From: Alphaproteobacteria bacterium | GTDB taxonomy: Bacteria > Pseudomonadota > Alphaproteobacteria > GCA-2746255 | DNA: 64,000 bases | Assembly (NCBI GenBank): GCA_965249135.1 | Contig: OZ252220.1 | Coordinates: 832,001 to 896,000, forward strand | Reading direction: 5' to 3' | Shown: piece by piece, positions 19,294-30,955 of the stretch | How positions within the stretch are numbered: position 1 is the stretch's first letter | Layout: the number at the start of each line of letters is the position of its first letter | The notes under the pieces: generated by a model | Databases searched by the model: none | The model's input: only the letters and a program-made list of their open reading frames with translations | What the model was told of the DNA's origin: nothing | Made by a program: the position numbers and the translations under genes

Positions 19294-20574
19294 ATGTTGA
19301 CGTCTTGCAAAACTTGTATCCTTTTTCTTTTCATCGCCTTTTTCGCGTTCGTTTCCGCGCCCGCTTCCGCCGAAGAAGTGGCCGAAGGAACCGTCATCAG
19401 TGCCGCCAACCTCGGCAAGCTGTCGAGCCAGACCTTCGAGGGCGATACGATCGCAAGCCTGTTGCCAGACACGATGCAAACCTGGATCCGGGACCGGGGG
19501 CTGAAGATGGAGCTTGTGTACACGAAGCCTTACCCGAAGGATCCGAAACTGATGGCGTGGACCGAGAAAAACCGGACGGCCGTCACGCTGAACAAGGAGA
19601 GGAAGGTTCAAGGCTGGCAGGCGGGCGTTCCCTTCCCCGATATCGAATTAAGCGATCCGGATGCCGCCATCAAGGTCGTCTACAACATGTATTACGGCAA
19701 GCCGCGCGGCGACAGTCAGGACCTGTCGAAGGTGTGGACGATTTTTGTGGATGGCAAAAGCGGCGTCGAACGCTCCCGCCACGAACGGATCGTCCGGGTC
19801 TTCATGAAAGGCCTGCTGCGTCACGAGGAGGGTCCGGTGCTTGGCGACGGAAACATCCTCGAGAAACGGGTCGGCATCCTCTTGAGCCCGCAGGATCAAC
19901 GAGGCGAGGGCTCGTACCTCATTCGGTACGACAACGGCCAACTCGACGACATCATCGCCTATCCGATCAAGACGCGGAAGGCGCGCCGGATTTCCGGCGG
20001 CACCTGGATGGACCCCTCGCCGCCCACGGATTTCGTCGGCGACGACTTCGTCATCGCCAGCGCCTTTCCGACCTGGTATCCGAGCTACAAGATTCTTGCG
20101 AAGAAGAAGATCCTGGTCGTAGCCAACTCGCAGAATCCGAACTGGAAGCCATACAAAACCGGCGACGAACATCCCTCTTTCGATCTCAAGCATGCGCCCT
20201 ACTGGAACCCGACCGACAAGTGGGAGCCGCGTGAGGTCTACGTCGTAGAGGCGATCGCCCCGAAAGAGCACCCTTACGGGAAGAAGGTCCTCTATATCGA
20301 CGCCAACAACTGGAACCCGTATATCGGAGAATATTACGACAACGAGGGCGCCTACTGGAAAATCGCCATCCTTTCCTACCGCCTTTTCCAACTGAAGGAT
20401 GATCCCGAGGCGTGGATCGTCTGGCCGCCCTGGTCCGTGAACGTGGACTGGAAGCGAAACCATGCGACGGTCGTCCTGGACGACAGCGCGCTTGAGGCGT
20501 ACGCCTTCAACTCCAGCGTGCAGCCGGGAGACCTCAACGTCCAGTTCATCGTAAAGGAAGGAAAGAAAGAGTAA
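19294..20574 (+). CDS. DUF1329 (LolA-like periplasmic) protein, paralog 3
   Basis: Signal peptide; GWQAGVPFPD, RRISGGTWMD, WEPREVYVVEA, HPYGKKVLYID. Confidence 0.85.
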   Translation: MLTSCKTCILFLFIAFFAFVSAPASAEEVAEGTVISAANLGKLSSQTFEGDTIASLLPDTMQTWIRDRGLKMELVYTKPYPKDPKLMAWTEKNRTAVTLNKERKVQGWQAGVPFPDIELSDPDAAIKVVYNMYYGKPRGDSQDLSKVWTIFVDGKSGVERSRHERIVRVFMKGLLRHEEGPVLGDGNILEKRVGILLSPQDQRGEGSYLIRYDNGQLDDIIAYPIKTRKARRISGGTWMDPSPPTDFVGDDFVIASAFPTWYPSYKILAKKKILVVANSQNPNWKPYKTGDEHPSFDLKHAPYWNPTDKWEPREVYVVEAIAPKEHPYGKKVLYIDANNWNPYIGEYYDNEGAYWKIAILSYRLFQLKDDPEAWIVWPPWSVNVDWKRNHATVVLDDSALEAYAFNSSVQPGDLNVQFIVKEGKKE

Positions 20575-20576
20575 GC

Positions 20577-20607
20577 CCGCCAAGCTTAAGGCGGATTCTA
20601 TTTTTTT
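20577..20607 (+). terminator. Probable weak terminator
   Basis: CCGCC-loop-GGCGG followed by a T-rich tail. Confidence 0.4.
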
Positions 20608-20683
20608 ACTGGGCCTGCGTCTGGTTTGGCGGTCGATCCACCCTATATAGATGGACAAATCCCATCGATGCGTGGAGGCAGAC

Positions 20684-21127
20684 ATGTTTGGGAACCCGTC
20701 GCTGGTCACCCGGATCGCCATCGGCAAAGGCGTCGGCCTTGCCTTCGGGCTTCTCGGCCTCCTCCTCTTCCCCGTCTTCGTGCCGGAGGTGGGCTGGCTG
20801 CCGCGCATCGGCATCCTGCTCTGGTACACGACCCTGGGCGCGATCATCGGGGCGTTCGGCATCTTCACCTTCCACCCCGTCCTCAAATTCCCCCTGCCCT
20901 GGTGGTTCCGCGCGCCCTTCCTGGGCGCGTGGATGAACTTCGTCCTCACCTTCTTCGCCTATGACAGCTTCAAGACTTACATGGTTGCCATGTTCGGCGC
21001 CGACGGGGTGCTGCAGTCGCCCTTCTGGTTCACGGCCGAAGGCGCGCTCGTCGGGCTCGCCATCGGCTACTTTGCGACCCGCTATGGCGGCGAAGGCAAG
21101 GAAACGGTCGAGACGGTCGGCAAGTAA
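20684..21127 (+). CDS. Membrane protein (4 TM)
   Basis: GGAGG RBS, hydrophobic helices, strong GC3 bias. Confidence 0.75.
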   Translation: MFGNPSLVTRIAIGKGVGLAFGLLGLLLFPVFVPEVGWLPRIGILLWYTTLGAIIGAFGIFTFHPVLKFPLPWWFRAPFLGAWMNFVLTFFAYDSFKTYMVAMFGADGVLQSPFWFTAEGALVGLAIGYFATRYGGEGKETVETVGK

Positions 21128-21142
21128 GCGTGATTTTTGGCG

Positions 21143-21218
21143 TGGCGTCCCCTAGGGGAGTCGAACCCCTGTTTTCGCCGTGAGAGGGCGATGTCCTGGG
21201 CCACTAGACGAAGGGGAC
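21143..21218 (-). tRNA. tRNA-Glu(CTC)
   Basis: 76-nt cloverleaf GTCCCCTTCGTCTAGTGG...CT CTC AC...GGTTCGACTCC...CCA. Confidence 0.95.
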
Positions 21219-21269
21219 CCTGCGAAGGCGCAGAGTCTTGCCCGATCCGCCGCTTGTGATCAAGCACCT

Positions 21270-21701
21270 TCACTTTATCTTTAAGGGGATCTCCACGAAG
21301 CCGTCGCCGCCCGCGTTCAGCCGGTGGGCCGCGACGTGGGTCACCTCGCCTTTTGCTACGGCGGCGATCACCCAGACGTACTCCTTGTCGTAGGCCATCG
21401 AAAGGTCGATCGCCGAAGGCTCGGCCGGGTGGTCCGGGTGGGAGTGGTAGTGGCCGACGATGTCGTCCGCCTTTCCTTCGCATGCCCGCATGACGTCGAA
21501 GCGAAGCTTCGGATCGATCTCGAAGCGGTCCTTTCGCGCCTCTTGCTCGGCGGCGACGTTCGGGCTGGGCACGACGCGGACGACCTCGACGTCGCCCGTC
21601 CCCGTCACATGCCCGACCAGAAGCCCGCAGGCTTCAAAGGGGTAAGCCTTCTCGGCGTCGCCTTGAAGCTGGGCGAGGTCGGAGGCCCCAATGCGGATCA
21701 C
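21270..21701 (-). CDS. M67/JAB (MPN+) metallopeptidase
   Basis: EACGLL and YHSHPDHPAEPSAID JAMM motif. Confidence 0.9.
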   Translation of the reverse strand: MIRIGASDLAQLQGDAEKAYPFEACGLLVGHVTGTGDVEVVRVVPSPNVAAEQEARKDRFEIDPKLRFDVMRACEGKADDIVGHYHSHPDHPAEPSAIDLSMAYDKEYVWVIAAVAKGEVTHVAAHRLNAGGDGFVEIPLKIK

Positions 21702-21988
21702 GGCTGCCTCTCGATCTCGATCGTGCCCAGTAGCGTGCCGTCCTTGAGGCTCAAGATAAGGATGCGCCCGCCGCCCCCTTCCAGGGCGACGCGCAGGATG
21801 AGCCGGCCGCCTTCCGTATGCGTCTCCTCGATACGCGCGCCTGCAGGCAATGCGACCTTCGCCGCCTCGAATGGCTTCGCACCCGCCGATTGGCCGGGCG
21901 CGCGGCTGGCAATCGTCACGCCAAGGGCGGCCAGGCCGCCCAGGATGATGACCCCCAAGAAAATGACTAGGAACTTGAGCCCCCGCAT
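21698..21988 (-). CDS. DUF6476-like small membrane-anchored protein
   Basis: LKFLVIFLGVIIL N-terminal TM; conserved position divergent from rluD. Confidence 0.7.
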   Translation of the reverse strand: MRGLKFLVIFLGVIILGGLAALGVTIASRAPGQSAGAKPFEAAKVALPAGARIEETHTEGGRLILRVALEGGGGRILILSLKDGTLLGTIEIERQP

Positions 21989-22009
21989 CCTTTCGGCCAA
22001 TCTCCTTTC

Positions 22010-23017
22010 ATGACGAAGCCTCCTTTCATGACGAAAGCAAAGAAGGAAAGGGCGGCGTCTTCCCGCCGGCTCCGTTTCACCGGCTCCAGCCGGGACAAGG
22101 GCGTTCGCCTCGACCGGTTCTTGGCAAACGCCGCGCCAGAACTTTCGCGAAACCGGCTCAAGCAGCTGATCGAAGCGGGCCGGCTTAGCACGAGCGGGCG
22201 CACGATAACGGACCCCTCCTACCGGGTCAAACCGGGGGAGGCCTTCACATTGACGGTGCCGAAAGTTGAGCCGGCCACGCCGGAAGCCCAAGCCATTCCC
22301 CTTTCCGTGCTCTACGAGGATGCGGATCTCCTCGTCGTCGACAAGCCGGCCGGCCTCGTCGTCCACCCGGCGCCCGGCAATCCGGACTTAACGCTCGTCA
22401 ATGCGCTGATCCATCATTGCGGGGAAAGCCTTTCGGGGATCGGCGGCGTGGCCCGGCCCGGCATCGTCCATCGCCTCGATAAGGACACCTCGGGTCTCTT
22501 GATCGCCGCCAAGAACGACGTCACCCACCGCGCGCTCTCGGGCCAGCTTTCGTCGCGAAAACTGAAACGTGTTTACCTCGCCCTTGTCTTCGGCGTGCCG
22601 GTGCCGGCTTCGGGCAAAATCGACCGCCCCATCGGGCGACATCCGAAGCACCGGAAGAAGATGGCGGTGTTACGCTCCGGCGGGCGGGCGGCCCAAACCC
22701 GCTACCGGGTCGTGAGGCGCTTCGGCCAATGGCTAAGCCTCGTCGAGTGCCAGCTTATGACCGGGCGGACCCACCAGATCCGCGTCCACCTGGCCCATCT
22801 TGGCCATCCCCTGGTCGGCGATCCGGTCTATGGGCGCCGGCGCTTGGCCGCAAACCTGCCGGAGTCCGTCGCCCAGGCCCTCAAGGCCTTTCCCCGCCAA
22901 GCCCTACACGCCCATGTGATTGGATTTGACCACCCCCGCAGTGAAAAACGGCTAGACTTCGAATCGGCCTTACCAAAGGATTTCGCAGACTTAATGCAAA
23001 GTTTGGAAATTCTTTAA
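22010..23017 (+). CDS. rluD: 23S rRNA pseudouridine synthase
   Basis: S4 domain RLD, KPAGLVVHP, HRLDKDTSG, TGRTHQIRVH. Confidence 0.93.
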   Translation: MTKPPFMTKAKKERAASSRRLRFTGSSRDKGVRLDRFLANAAPELSRNRLKQLIEAGRLSTSGRTITDPSYRVKPGEAFTLTVPKVEPATPEAQAIPLSVLYEDADLLVVDKPAGLVVHPAPGNPDLTLVNALIHHCGESLSGIGGVARPGIVHRLDKDTSGLLIAAKNDVTHRALSGQLSSRKLKRVYLALVFGVPVPASGKIDRPIGRHPKHRKKMAVLRSGGRAAQTRYRVVRRFGQWLSLVECQLMTGRTHQIRVHLAHLGHPLVGDPVYGRRRLAANLPESVAQALKAFPRQALHAHVIGFDHPRSEKRLDFESALPKDFADLMQSLEIL

Positions 23018-23053
23018 CTTTTTACTTAGTAGATTGAAATACTAGGGTATTCC

Positions 23054-23108
23054 TTGACAAGACCGGCACGAATCGGGTATTTTAGCGCTCAACGGATAAG
23101 AGTGCTAA
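23054..23108 (+). promoter_or_regulatory. Sigma70-like promoter overlapped by a CIRCE (HrcA operator)
   Basis: TTGACA 23054-59, TATTTT 23078-83. TTAGCGCTC-N9-GAGTGCTAA at 23082-23108 has one mismatch to the CIRCE consensus. Confidence 0.88.
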
Positions 23109-23151
23109 ACTGCACCGGAGCCAGAGGGCGAAAGCCAGGAGGATTGAAGCG

Positions 23152-24036
23152 ATGACCACCCTGCCCGTCACGCTTACCTTTGCACCGGAACAAAACCTCA
23201 CCCGCTATCTCCAGCAAATTCGGAAGTTTCCGATGCTGGAGCGGAACGAGGAGTTCATGCTCGCCAAGCGGTTCGTCGAACATGGCGACACGGACGCGGC
23301 CCATCGCCTGGTGACGAGTCACTTACGCCTCGTCGCCAAGATTGCCATGGGCTATCGCGGCTATGGCCTGCCGCTGGCCGATCTGATTTCCGAGGGAAAT
23401 GTCGGGATCATGCAGGCGGTGAAGCGCTTCGATCCGGATCGCGGGTTCCGGCTCGCTACTTACGCGATGTGGTGGATCCGCGCCTCGATCCAGGAATACG
23501 TCCTGCACTCGTGGTCGCTCGTGAAAATGGGTACGACCGCCGCCCAGAAGAAGCTGTTCTTCAACTTGCGCCGGCTGAAGGGTCAGTTGCAGGCGATCGA
23601 CGATGGCGATCTCACGCCGGAACTCGTCGCGGAAATCGCCGAGCGCCTCGACGTGCCCGAGAAAGAGGTCGTCGATATGAACCGGCGGATGGCCGGACCG
23701 GACCATTCCCTGAACGCCCCGCGCCAGCTAGATGGCGAAGAGGAATGGATGGATTGGCTGCAAAGCGAAGACCCCGATCAGGAAACGCTTGTCGCCGAAA
23801 ACGAGGAATTGACGAACCGCCGTCAACTGCTTCAGACGGCGATGACGGACCTTAACAAGCGCGAGCGCCACATCCTGACGGAGCGCCGACTGCGCGACGA
23901 TCCGCTGACCCTTGAGCAGTTGAGCAAGGAATACGGCATCTCGCGCGAGCGGGTCCGCCAGATCGAAGCCCGGGCCTTCACGAAGATTCAAAAGGCGATG
24001 AAGAACGCCGTCATCGAACAGCGGATCAATCCGTAA
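23152..24036 (+). CDS. rpoH: Heat-shock sigma factor sigma32
   Basis: RpoH box QKKLFFNLR, region 2 and region 4 motifs. Confidence 0.97.
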   Translation: MTTLPVTLTFAPEQNLTRYLQQIRKFPMLERNEEFMLAKRFVEHGDTDAAHRLVTSHLRLVAKIAMGYRGYGLPLADLISEGNVGIMQAVKRFDPDRGFRLATYAMWWIRASIQEYVLHSWSLVKMGTTAAQKKLFFNLRRLKGQLQAIDDGDLTPELVAEIAERLDVPEKEVVDMNRRMAGPDHSLNAPRQLDGEEEWMDWLQSEDPDQETLVAENEELTNRRQLLQTAMTDLNKRERHILTERRLRDDPLTLEQLSKEYGISRERVRQIEARAFTKIQKAMKNAVIEQRINP

Positions 24037-24071
24037 AATCGCCGGCGCGGCGGCTTAGTCTTCGTGGCGGC

Positions 24072-24591
24072 TTAGTCCTGCCGCCGCTGCATCGCGCCGC
24101 CGATTTCCTCGCCCCACTCCTCGACGATCTCCTTCCGCAAATCGGCCATCTGGGCCTTGCGGTGTTCGGCGCGCATCTCCATGAAGCCCCCGATGACATG
24201 CGGCATCCCGAGATAGATCAGCCAGCCGACGGCCGCAGACCCATACATGATGAACCACGTAACAGGGTCCGTGAGGATCACATAGGCCTTATCCATCTGT
24301 CCCCGCCCCCCCCATCATCCACAGGTCCATGAGGTAAGGCGCAATCCCGACGAGATTCAGCGACAGCACGCATTTTCCGGCCGCCTTGGCCGGGTTGGGA
24401 TCGACGATGAAGGCGACCCAGGCCGGCAGCATGCCGATGAGCAGGATGACGACGGTCGGCAATGCGAAGGTCGAGACCACGGCCAGCACGATGAGGCCGA
24501 AGACCCACCAAAGGCCGAGCCCCATCTTGTCGCCGGGAGGCAGCTGCTGTGCCTTGCGTCGTGGTATCGATCGGATCGGTGGTTTTGCCAT
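24072..24591 (-). pseudogene. Membrane protein frameshifted in a G8 tract
   Basis: MAKPPIR...LWMMGG and MDKAYVILTDPVTW...EEWG join if one G is removed from the run at 24306-24313. Confidence 0.65.
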
Positions 24592-24599
24592 GTTGCCCC

Positions 24600-26648
24600 C
24601 TAGATATAGCGCGAGAGCATGAGGCTTAAGGAGATCAGCGCGATCAATATGGAAAGCCGGACGGCGAACATGCGGCCAAGGATGAGCGCCGCCAATGGCA
24701 GCCCCCGGATTTTCCGGTCGAGTTTCGCCGTTTCCGCCAGCGAGCGCGTGAACTGGTTGCGGGCGAACGCGTAGGCGCGGCGATCCTCCCGCCTCCGCGC
24801 CGGGTTGCCGACCAGGTTGTAGATGGCGACGAGATTGCCCTTGCCGGCGATCTCCTCCACCTGCTGTTCCAGCTGCGTCGGAACGCCTAGTTGTGATAGC
24901 TCGCGATGACAGGCGGCAGCAGCCGCTGTATCCAGCCGGCAAGCCCGGGCAGTTTCTGAGGCCCGTAACGGTCCTGCAGGCTCGCCAGCAGGCCGAGAAT
25001 CCCGAATACGCGCTCGGCGGAACCTGTCGAGGACGCAAGGGAGACCAGGAACGAATCGATCTTGCCGGGGAAGCGGGACGCGATGAAGGCGGCGATGTGG
25101 CTGTCGATCGGTTCAACCAGCTTCTGTTGTTCGCCGGTCGCGGCTTCGAGCGTCGGCAGCAGCTCGGAGATGCGCACGCAGTAAGTGCGGCAGAATAAGC
25201 GGACTCAGGCACCACATGCCGGGGACCAGTTCGTAGAGGCACCGGTCCAGCCCGAATCCAAGTCCGCGGCGGTTGAGAAAGTGCTGGATTCGGTGCAGGC
25301 GCTGCAGGAGCTTCCGGTTCGACGCCACGCGCGACCCCTGGGCCGTCATCCAATAGTTGAGAAGGTGCAGGCGGATGACCTCGGTGAAATTGCGCCGGAC
25401 CTCGTCTTCGTTGAAACCGGCCGCGAGGCTGTCGCCGAAACCGCCGATCGTGGATGAGAAGTTCTTGTAACGAATGGGGGCTTCCGGATCGAGCAGGATG
25501 CCGACCCGTGCCACTAGGCGTTCCGGGGATTCAGGGCTATGCCGGACCTGAGCGATCTCTTCGGCCATGGCCCGGGCGATATCCGGATTCATGAGGCTGC
25601 GGGCCGTCCAGGACTCGAAGCGATTTTCCTTGATCGTCCGGGATGCCTCCTGGGGATGCTGCAGGAAGGCACGGGCGAGCGTGCGTCCGCTCGTGAACTG
25701 TTCCTTCCGGAAGGTAAAGACATAGGACGCCTGGGTTGGGGCGTTTGGGTTGCCATGTTCCCGAAATTCGTCCAGCCAGCGTTCGATGTAATCCAAATTC
25801 CAGCGAAAGTCCTTGTTGTCCTGAAGCAGCCCCTTCAGCAATTCCATCATCCGAAGCGGCAGCGTTCGGCTGCCCGTCAGGTAACCGTAGGAACCCTTCT
25901 GAATCTTGCCATTCAAGATGGCGTCGTCGCCGATCTCCTGCACGGGCAGTTTGCCCAGAAGAAGGGTGAACACCGTCACCCCAAGCGCATAGATGTCGTC
26001 CCCCTGGCACCTCCGGCCGCGGCCCGCCGGATCGACCATGGCGCTTTCGATGGTCTCGAAAAGAACCGGCTGGTTGTAGGCCACCGGCGCCGTCACGCAT
26101 TCACCGAGCACGGCGCGCTTCTTGTCCTTTTCATCGGCGTAGAAAAGATTGTCCGGCCGAATGCCCCGATGGGTGAGGTCCCGGTCCTCGAGCCCGCGCA
26201 GCGCCTCGACCAGCGGCGCAATCACCACCACGTTGATATCCTTCGGATTCATTGGGGATATCGCCGTCTTGAGCGAGGGCATGAGCTTGGGGCCCGGCCG
26301 GCCGCAAACAATCACCGGACACTCGTTCTTGGCGCCAGGCCACGCTAACGCGCCTTCGTCGACGAAGGTGATGACGCCACGGATATTCTGCTGGCGCTGG
26401 TGCTCGAGAAATTGCCAGCGCAGCGGTAGGGACGACTCGCAGACATAGGCGAGAAGCTGCCGATCCTTACGAAGCGTGTCCTCGGCGGCATAGGCCATCG
26501 CGGTGGGCGAATCGTAGGTCGGCAATCGCGCGTCCTTGCGGATGCGGTATCGCCCCTTCAACAGGTGCCCGCCCGTGGCCGCCGCCTTTTCTTTGGCCTC
26601 TGGGGCCTCCGGCGCCTCCACGGCTTTTGGCTTCTGAACCGCCGTCAT
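24600..26648 (-). pseudogene. Ser/Thr kinase-like (pseudokinase) protein, disrupted
   Basis: GRYRI, HRGIRPDNL, DIYALGVT. Lesions: +1 at about 25183, TAG at 24887-89 and -1 at about 24876. C-terminal TM helix. Confidence 0.75.
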
Positions 26649-26768
26649 TTTTTCCCCGTCTGTCAGACAGAAAGCGTCTTTCGAATTCTGCGACGGGAAT
26701 GGAAAGAAAGCGTTAACGCCTTGCCGGGCCGTGACGGAGTTTTGGAGCCAAACCAACCGGTTATAGCG

Positions 26769-28061
<1,293 letters not shown>

Positions 28062-28077
28062 GGCACCCGTCCCGCTC

Positions 28078-29223
28078 CTATGCCTGCTTTACCGCTACGA
28101 CTTTTCCGGAACGGTAGAGATGCGTACACGCCAGCCGCCGCGCCTCCATCTTCGGATTCCCGCCATTCTCAAGGGCGGCGACGGTCACCCAACCTTCCTC
28201 GCGAAGCCGCGCCCCCTCCTCGGCCGGTGTCTCGAACGGCAGGTAAAGGCGCCGCATCGCGCTCGCCGGCGGCAAGACGCGCAACAACGTATCGAGGAAG
28301 AGCGTAAAGCCGGTCGCCGCCTCGCCCTTGCCCGCCGAATAGCGCCCGCCGCGCCCCAACGAGCCGCGGACGTCGAGCGCAAAGAACGTGAAGCTTAAGC
28401 CCGAATGGTATTCGAAGTTGCGATTCTCGACCGGGTCCACCGTCAGTCCGATGCCCGGCGCGGCTACGCGCAGCCGCTCGACGAGTTTCCCAAGACGCGT
28501 CCGTTCCGGCACCGCCGATTTCGGAAGCTTGATCTTCTCGAGAAGTTCGACGGCGCGCTCCGCCGGCCCCGCCGCCTCCAGAAGCGACCCCAGTATCTTT
28601 GCCGCCTCGCCACCGAGTGCGGCGATCGCCGTTGCGTCCTTGTGATCCAGGTGACCGCAAATCGGCGAGCCGCGACCCAGATCGAGGCCCAAGCTTTCGC
28701 ACACCACCGGCACCACCGTCGGCAGATTGAGGTCGATCGAAAGGTCGGGCACGCCAACCTTCTCCAACGCCTCGACGGCGAGAAGGATGACCTCGAGATC
28801 GGCGTTCTCGGATGCCGATCCGATCAATTCGACGCCGGCCTGGGCAAATTCCCGTTCCGGGCGAAGCTGGCTTCCCAATACGCGAAGCACCTGGCCGCCA
28901 TAGCAGAGCCGGAGTGGCCGCGGCGCGTCCCCAAGACGCGTCTCGGCGATTCGCGCCACCTGCAGGGTCATGTCCGGACGCACGCCCATCATGCGCTGGG
29001 AGACCGGGTCCATGATCTGGAAGGTCGTGTTCGCCACCCCCGCCCCGGCTCCCTCGAGCAGACTTTCCTCGAATTCCACGAGCGGCGGCGCCACGCGCTC
29101 GTAGCCGTGGGCCGTGAAAGAGGCGATCAGCGTTTCCATCACGCGCGCCTCGGCCGCCGCATCCGGCGGCAGGACGTCGCGAAGTCCGGTCGGAAGCAGC
29201 GCCTTCTTGGAATTGTCTGTCAT
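28078..29223 (-). CDS. hisZ: ATP phosphoribosyltransferase regulatory subunit
   Basis: [34 protein letters not shown]. Confidence 0.92.
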   Translation of the reverse strand: MTDNSKKALLPTGLRDVLPPDAAAEARVMETLIASFTAHGYERVAPPLVEFEESLLEGAGAGVANTTFQIMDPVSQRMMGVRPDMTLQVARIAETRLGDAPRPLRLCYGGQVLRVLGSQLRPEREFAQAGVELIGSASENADLEVILLAVEALEKVGVPDLSIDLNLPTVVPVVCESLGLDLGRGSPICGHLDHKDATAIAALGGEAAKILGSLLEAAGPAERAVELLEKIKLPKSAVPERTRLGKLVERLRVAAPGIGLTVDPVENRNFEYHSGLSFTFFALDVRGSLGRGGRYSAGKGEAATGFTLFLDTLLRVLPPASAMRRLYLPFETPAEEGARLREEGWVTVAALENGGNPKMEARRLACTHLYRSGKVVAVKQA

Positions 29224-29365
29224 GGCATCTCCCCAACCCCCAGGGGGACGGCGCGGCTCAACTCTGCCCGCGGGCGGCTTCGGTCTAGCCGGTTTCCAGG
29301 CCCACGGCAAACGGAAATCCCGGCCGCGCCCGGCGGAAACTGGCGGAATCTTCTTGGCGGATTTC

Positions 29366-30943
29366 CTAGAAAGAAAGCGCGTGCGCTTGCAGGACTTCCG
29401 GGATGGCGCGCACTTCCTTGAGCGTGGCATCGTCGACCGGTCCGTCCACCTGAATCAATGCCAACGCATTCCCGTTCGGTGCCTTGCGACCCAGATGAAA
29501 GGTGGCGATGTTCACCCCGTTGTCGCCAAGCACGCCACCCAGTTTCCCGATGAAGCCGGGCTTGTCCTGGTTCGTCACGAAAAGCATGCATGGGCCCAAC
29601 TCGGCCTCGACGGCGATGTCGTCGACCTGGACGACGCGGGGCTTGTCCCCTCCAAACAGGGTGCCGGCCACACTCCGGGTCTGCTTCTCCGTCTTCACGG
29701 CCAGCCGGATCAGCGTTTGATAATCCGTTTCCCGCTCATGCTTGACCTCGGTGATGTCGATATCGCGTTCGCGGGCGATGGTCGGCGCGTTCACCATGTT
29801 CACGGACTCCATGAGCGGCGCCAACAGCCCTTCCAGGGCAAGCGCCGTAAGCGGGCGCGTATTCAGCTCGGTGACCTGGCCTGCGTATTCGATGGTCACC
29901 GCCTCGATTCCCGTTTCCGTCATCTGGCCGGCGAAGCTTCCCAACTGCTGGGCAAGCGTCATGTAGGGACGCAGCCGCACGGCCTCCTCCGCCGTCACGG
30001 ACGGCATGTTGATCGCGTTCGTCACGGCACCGGTGAGAAGGTAGTCCGCCATCTGCTCGGCAACCTGGATGGCGACGTTCTCCTGGGCCTCAGACGTCGA
30101 GGCGCCGAGATGAGGAGTGGCGATGATCTGTTCCATGCCGAACAGGATGTTCTCGTGCGCCGGTTCTTGCGGATAGACATCGACGGCCGCCCCGGCGACC
30201 TTTCCCCCCTCGATCGCCTTCTTCAGATCGGTCTCGTTGATGAGCCCGCCGCGCGCGCAGTTGATGACCCGGACCCCGTCGCGCATCTTGGCGAAGGCCT
30301 CCGCGTTCAGCATATCCCGCGTCGCATCGTTGAGCGGCGTGTGCAGGGTGATGAAATCGGAACGCGCGAAGAGATCGTCGAGTTCGACCTTTTCGATGCA
30401 CAGATCCGTCGCCCGTTCCGGCGCCAGATAGGGATCGTAGGCTAGCACCTTCATCTTGAGACCCAGCGCCCGATCCGCGACGATGGCACCGATGTTCCCG
30501 CAGCCGATGATGCCCAGCGTCTTGCCGGTGAGCTCGACCCCCATGAACCGCGACTTCTCCCATTTCCCGGCCTGGGTCGAGGCGTTCGCGGTCGGAATCT
30601 GGCGGGCAAGCGCGAACATCAGCGTGATGGCATGCTCCGCCGTCGTGATCGCATTGCCGAACGGCGTGTTCATGACGACGACGCCATGGGCGGTTGCCGC
30701 CGGCACGTCGATGTTGTCGACCCCGATCCCGGCGCGGCCGATCACCTTGAGCTTTGTTGCCCGATCCAGGATGTCCGCCGTCGCCTTCGTCGCCGAGCGC
30801 ACGGCGAGCCCATCGTAGTCGCCGATGCAGGCGGCTAGCTCCTCCGGCTTCATGCCGGGCTTGCTGTCGACCTCGATGCCGCGGTCGTGAAAAATTTCCG
30901 CGGCGCGCGGGCTCATCTTGTCGGAAATCAAAACCTTTGGCAT
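29366..30943 (-). CDS. serA: D-3-phosphoglycerate dehydrogenase
   Basis: RAGIGVDN, GCGNIG, TPHLGAST, C-terminal ACT domain. Confidence 0.97.
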   Translation of the reverse strand: MPKVLISDKMSPRAAEIFHDRGIEVDSKPGMKPEELAACIGDYDGLAVRSATKATADILDRATKLKVIGRAGIGVDNIDVPAATAHGVVVMNTPFGNAITTAEHAITLMFALARQIPTANASTQAGKWEKSRFMGVELTGKTLGIIGCGNIGAIVADRALGLKMKVLAYDPYLAPERATDLCIEKVELDDLFARSDFITLHTPLNDATRDMLNAEAFAKMRDGVRVINCARGGLINETDLKKAIEGGKVAGAAVDVYPQEPAHENILFGMEQIIATPHLGASTSEAQENVAIQVAEQMADYLLTGAVTNAINMPSVTAEEAVRLRPYMTLAQQLGSFAGQMTETGIEAVTIEYAGQVTELNTRPLTALALEGLLAPLMESVNMVNAPTIARERDIDITEVKHERETDYQTLIRLAVKTEKQTRSVAGTLFGGDKPRVVQVDDIAVEAELGPCMLFVTNQDKPGFIGKLGGVLGDNGVNIATFHLGRKAPNGNALALIQVDGPVDDATLKEVRAIPEVLQAHALSF

Positions 30944-30955
30944 GGTACGTCCGTT

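Noticed and set aside
21270-21701. JAB peptidase as part of a CBASS or ubiquitin-like defence system
   Set aside because: No E1/E2, cyclase or ubiquitin-like gene is nearby; the context is housekeeping (tRNA, rluD, rpoH).
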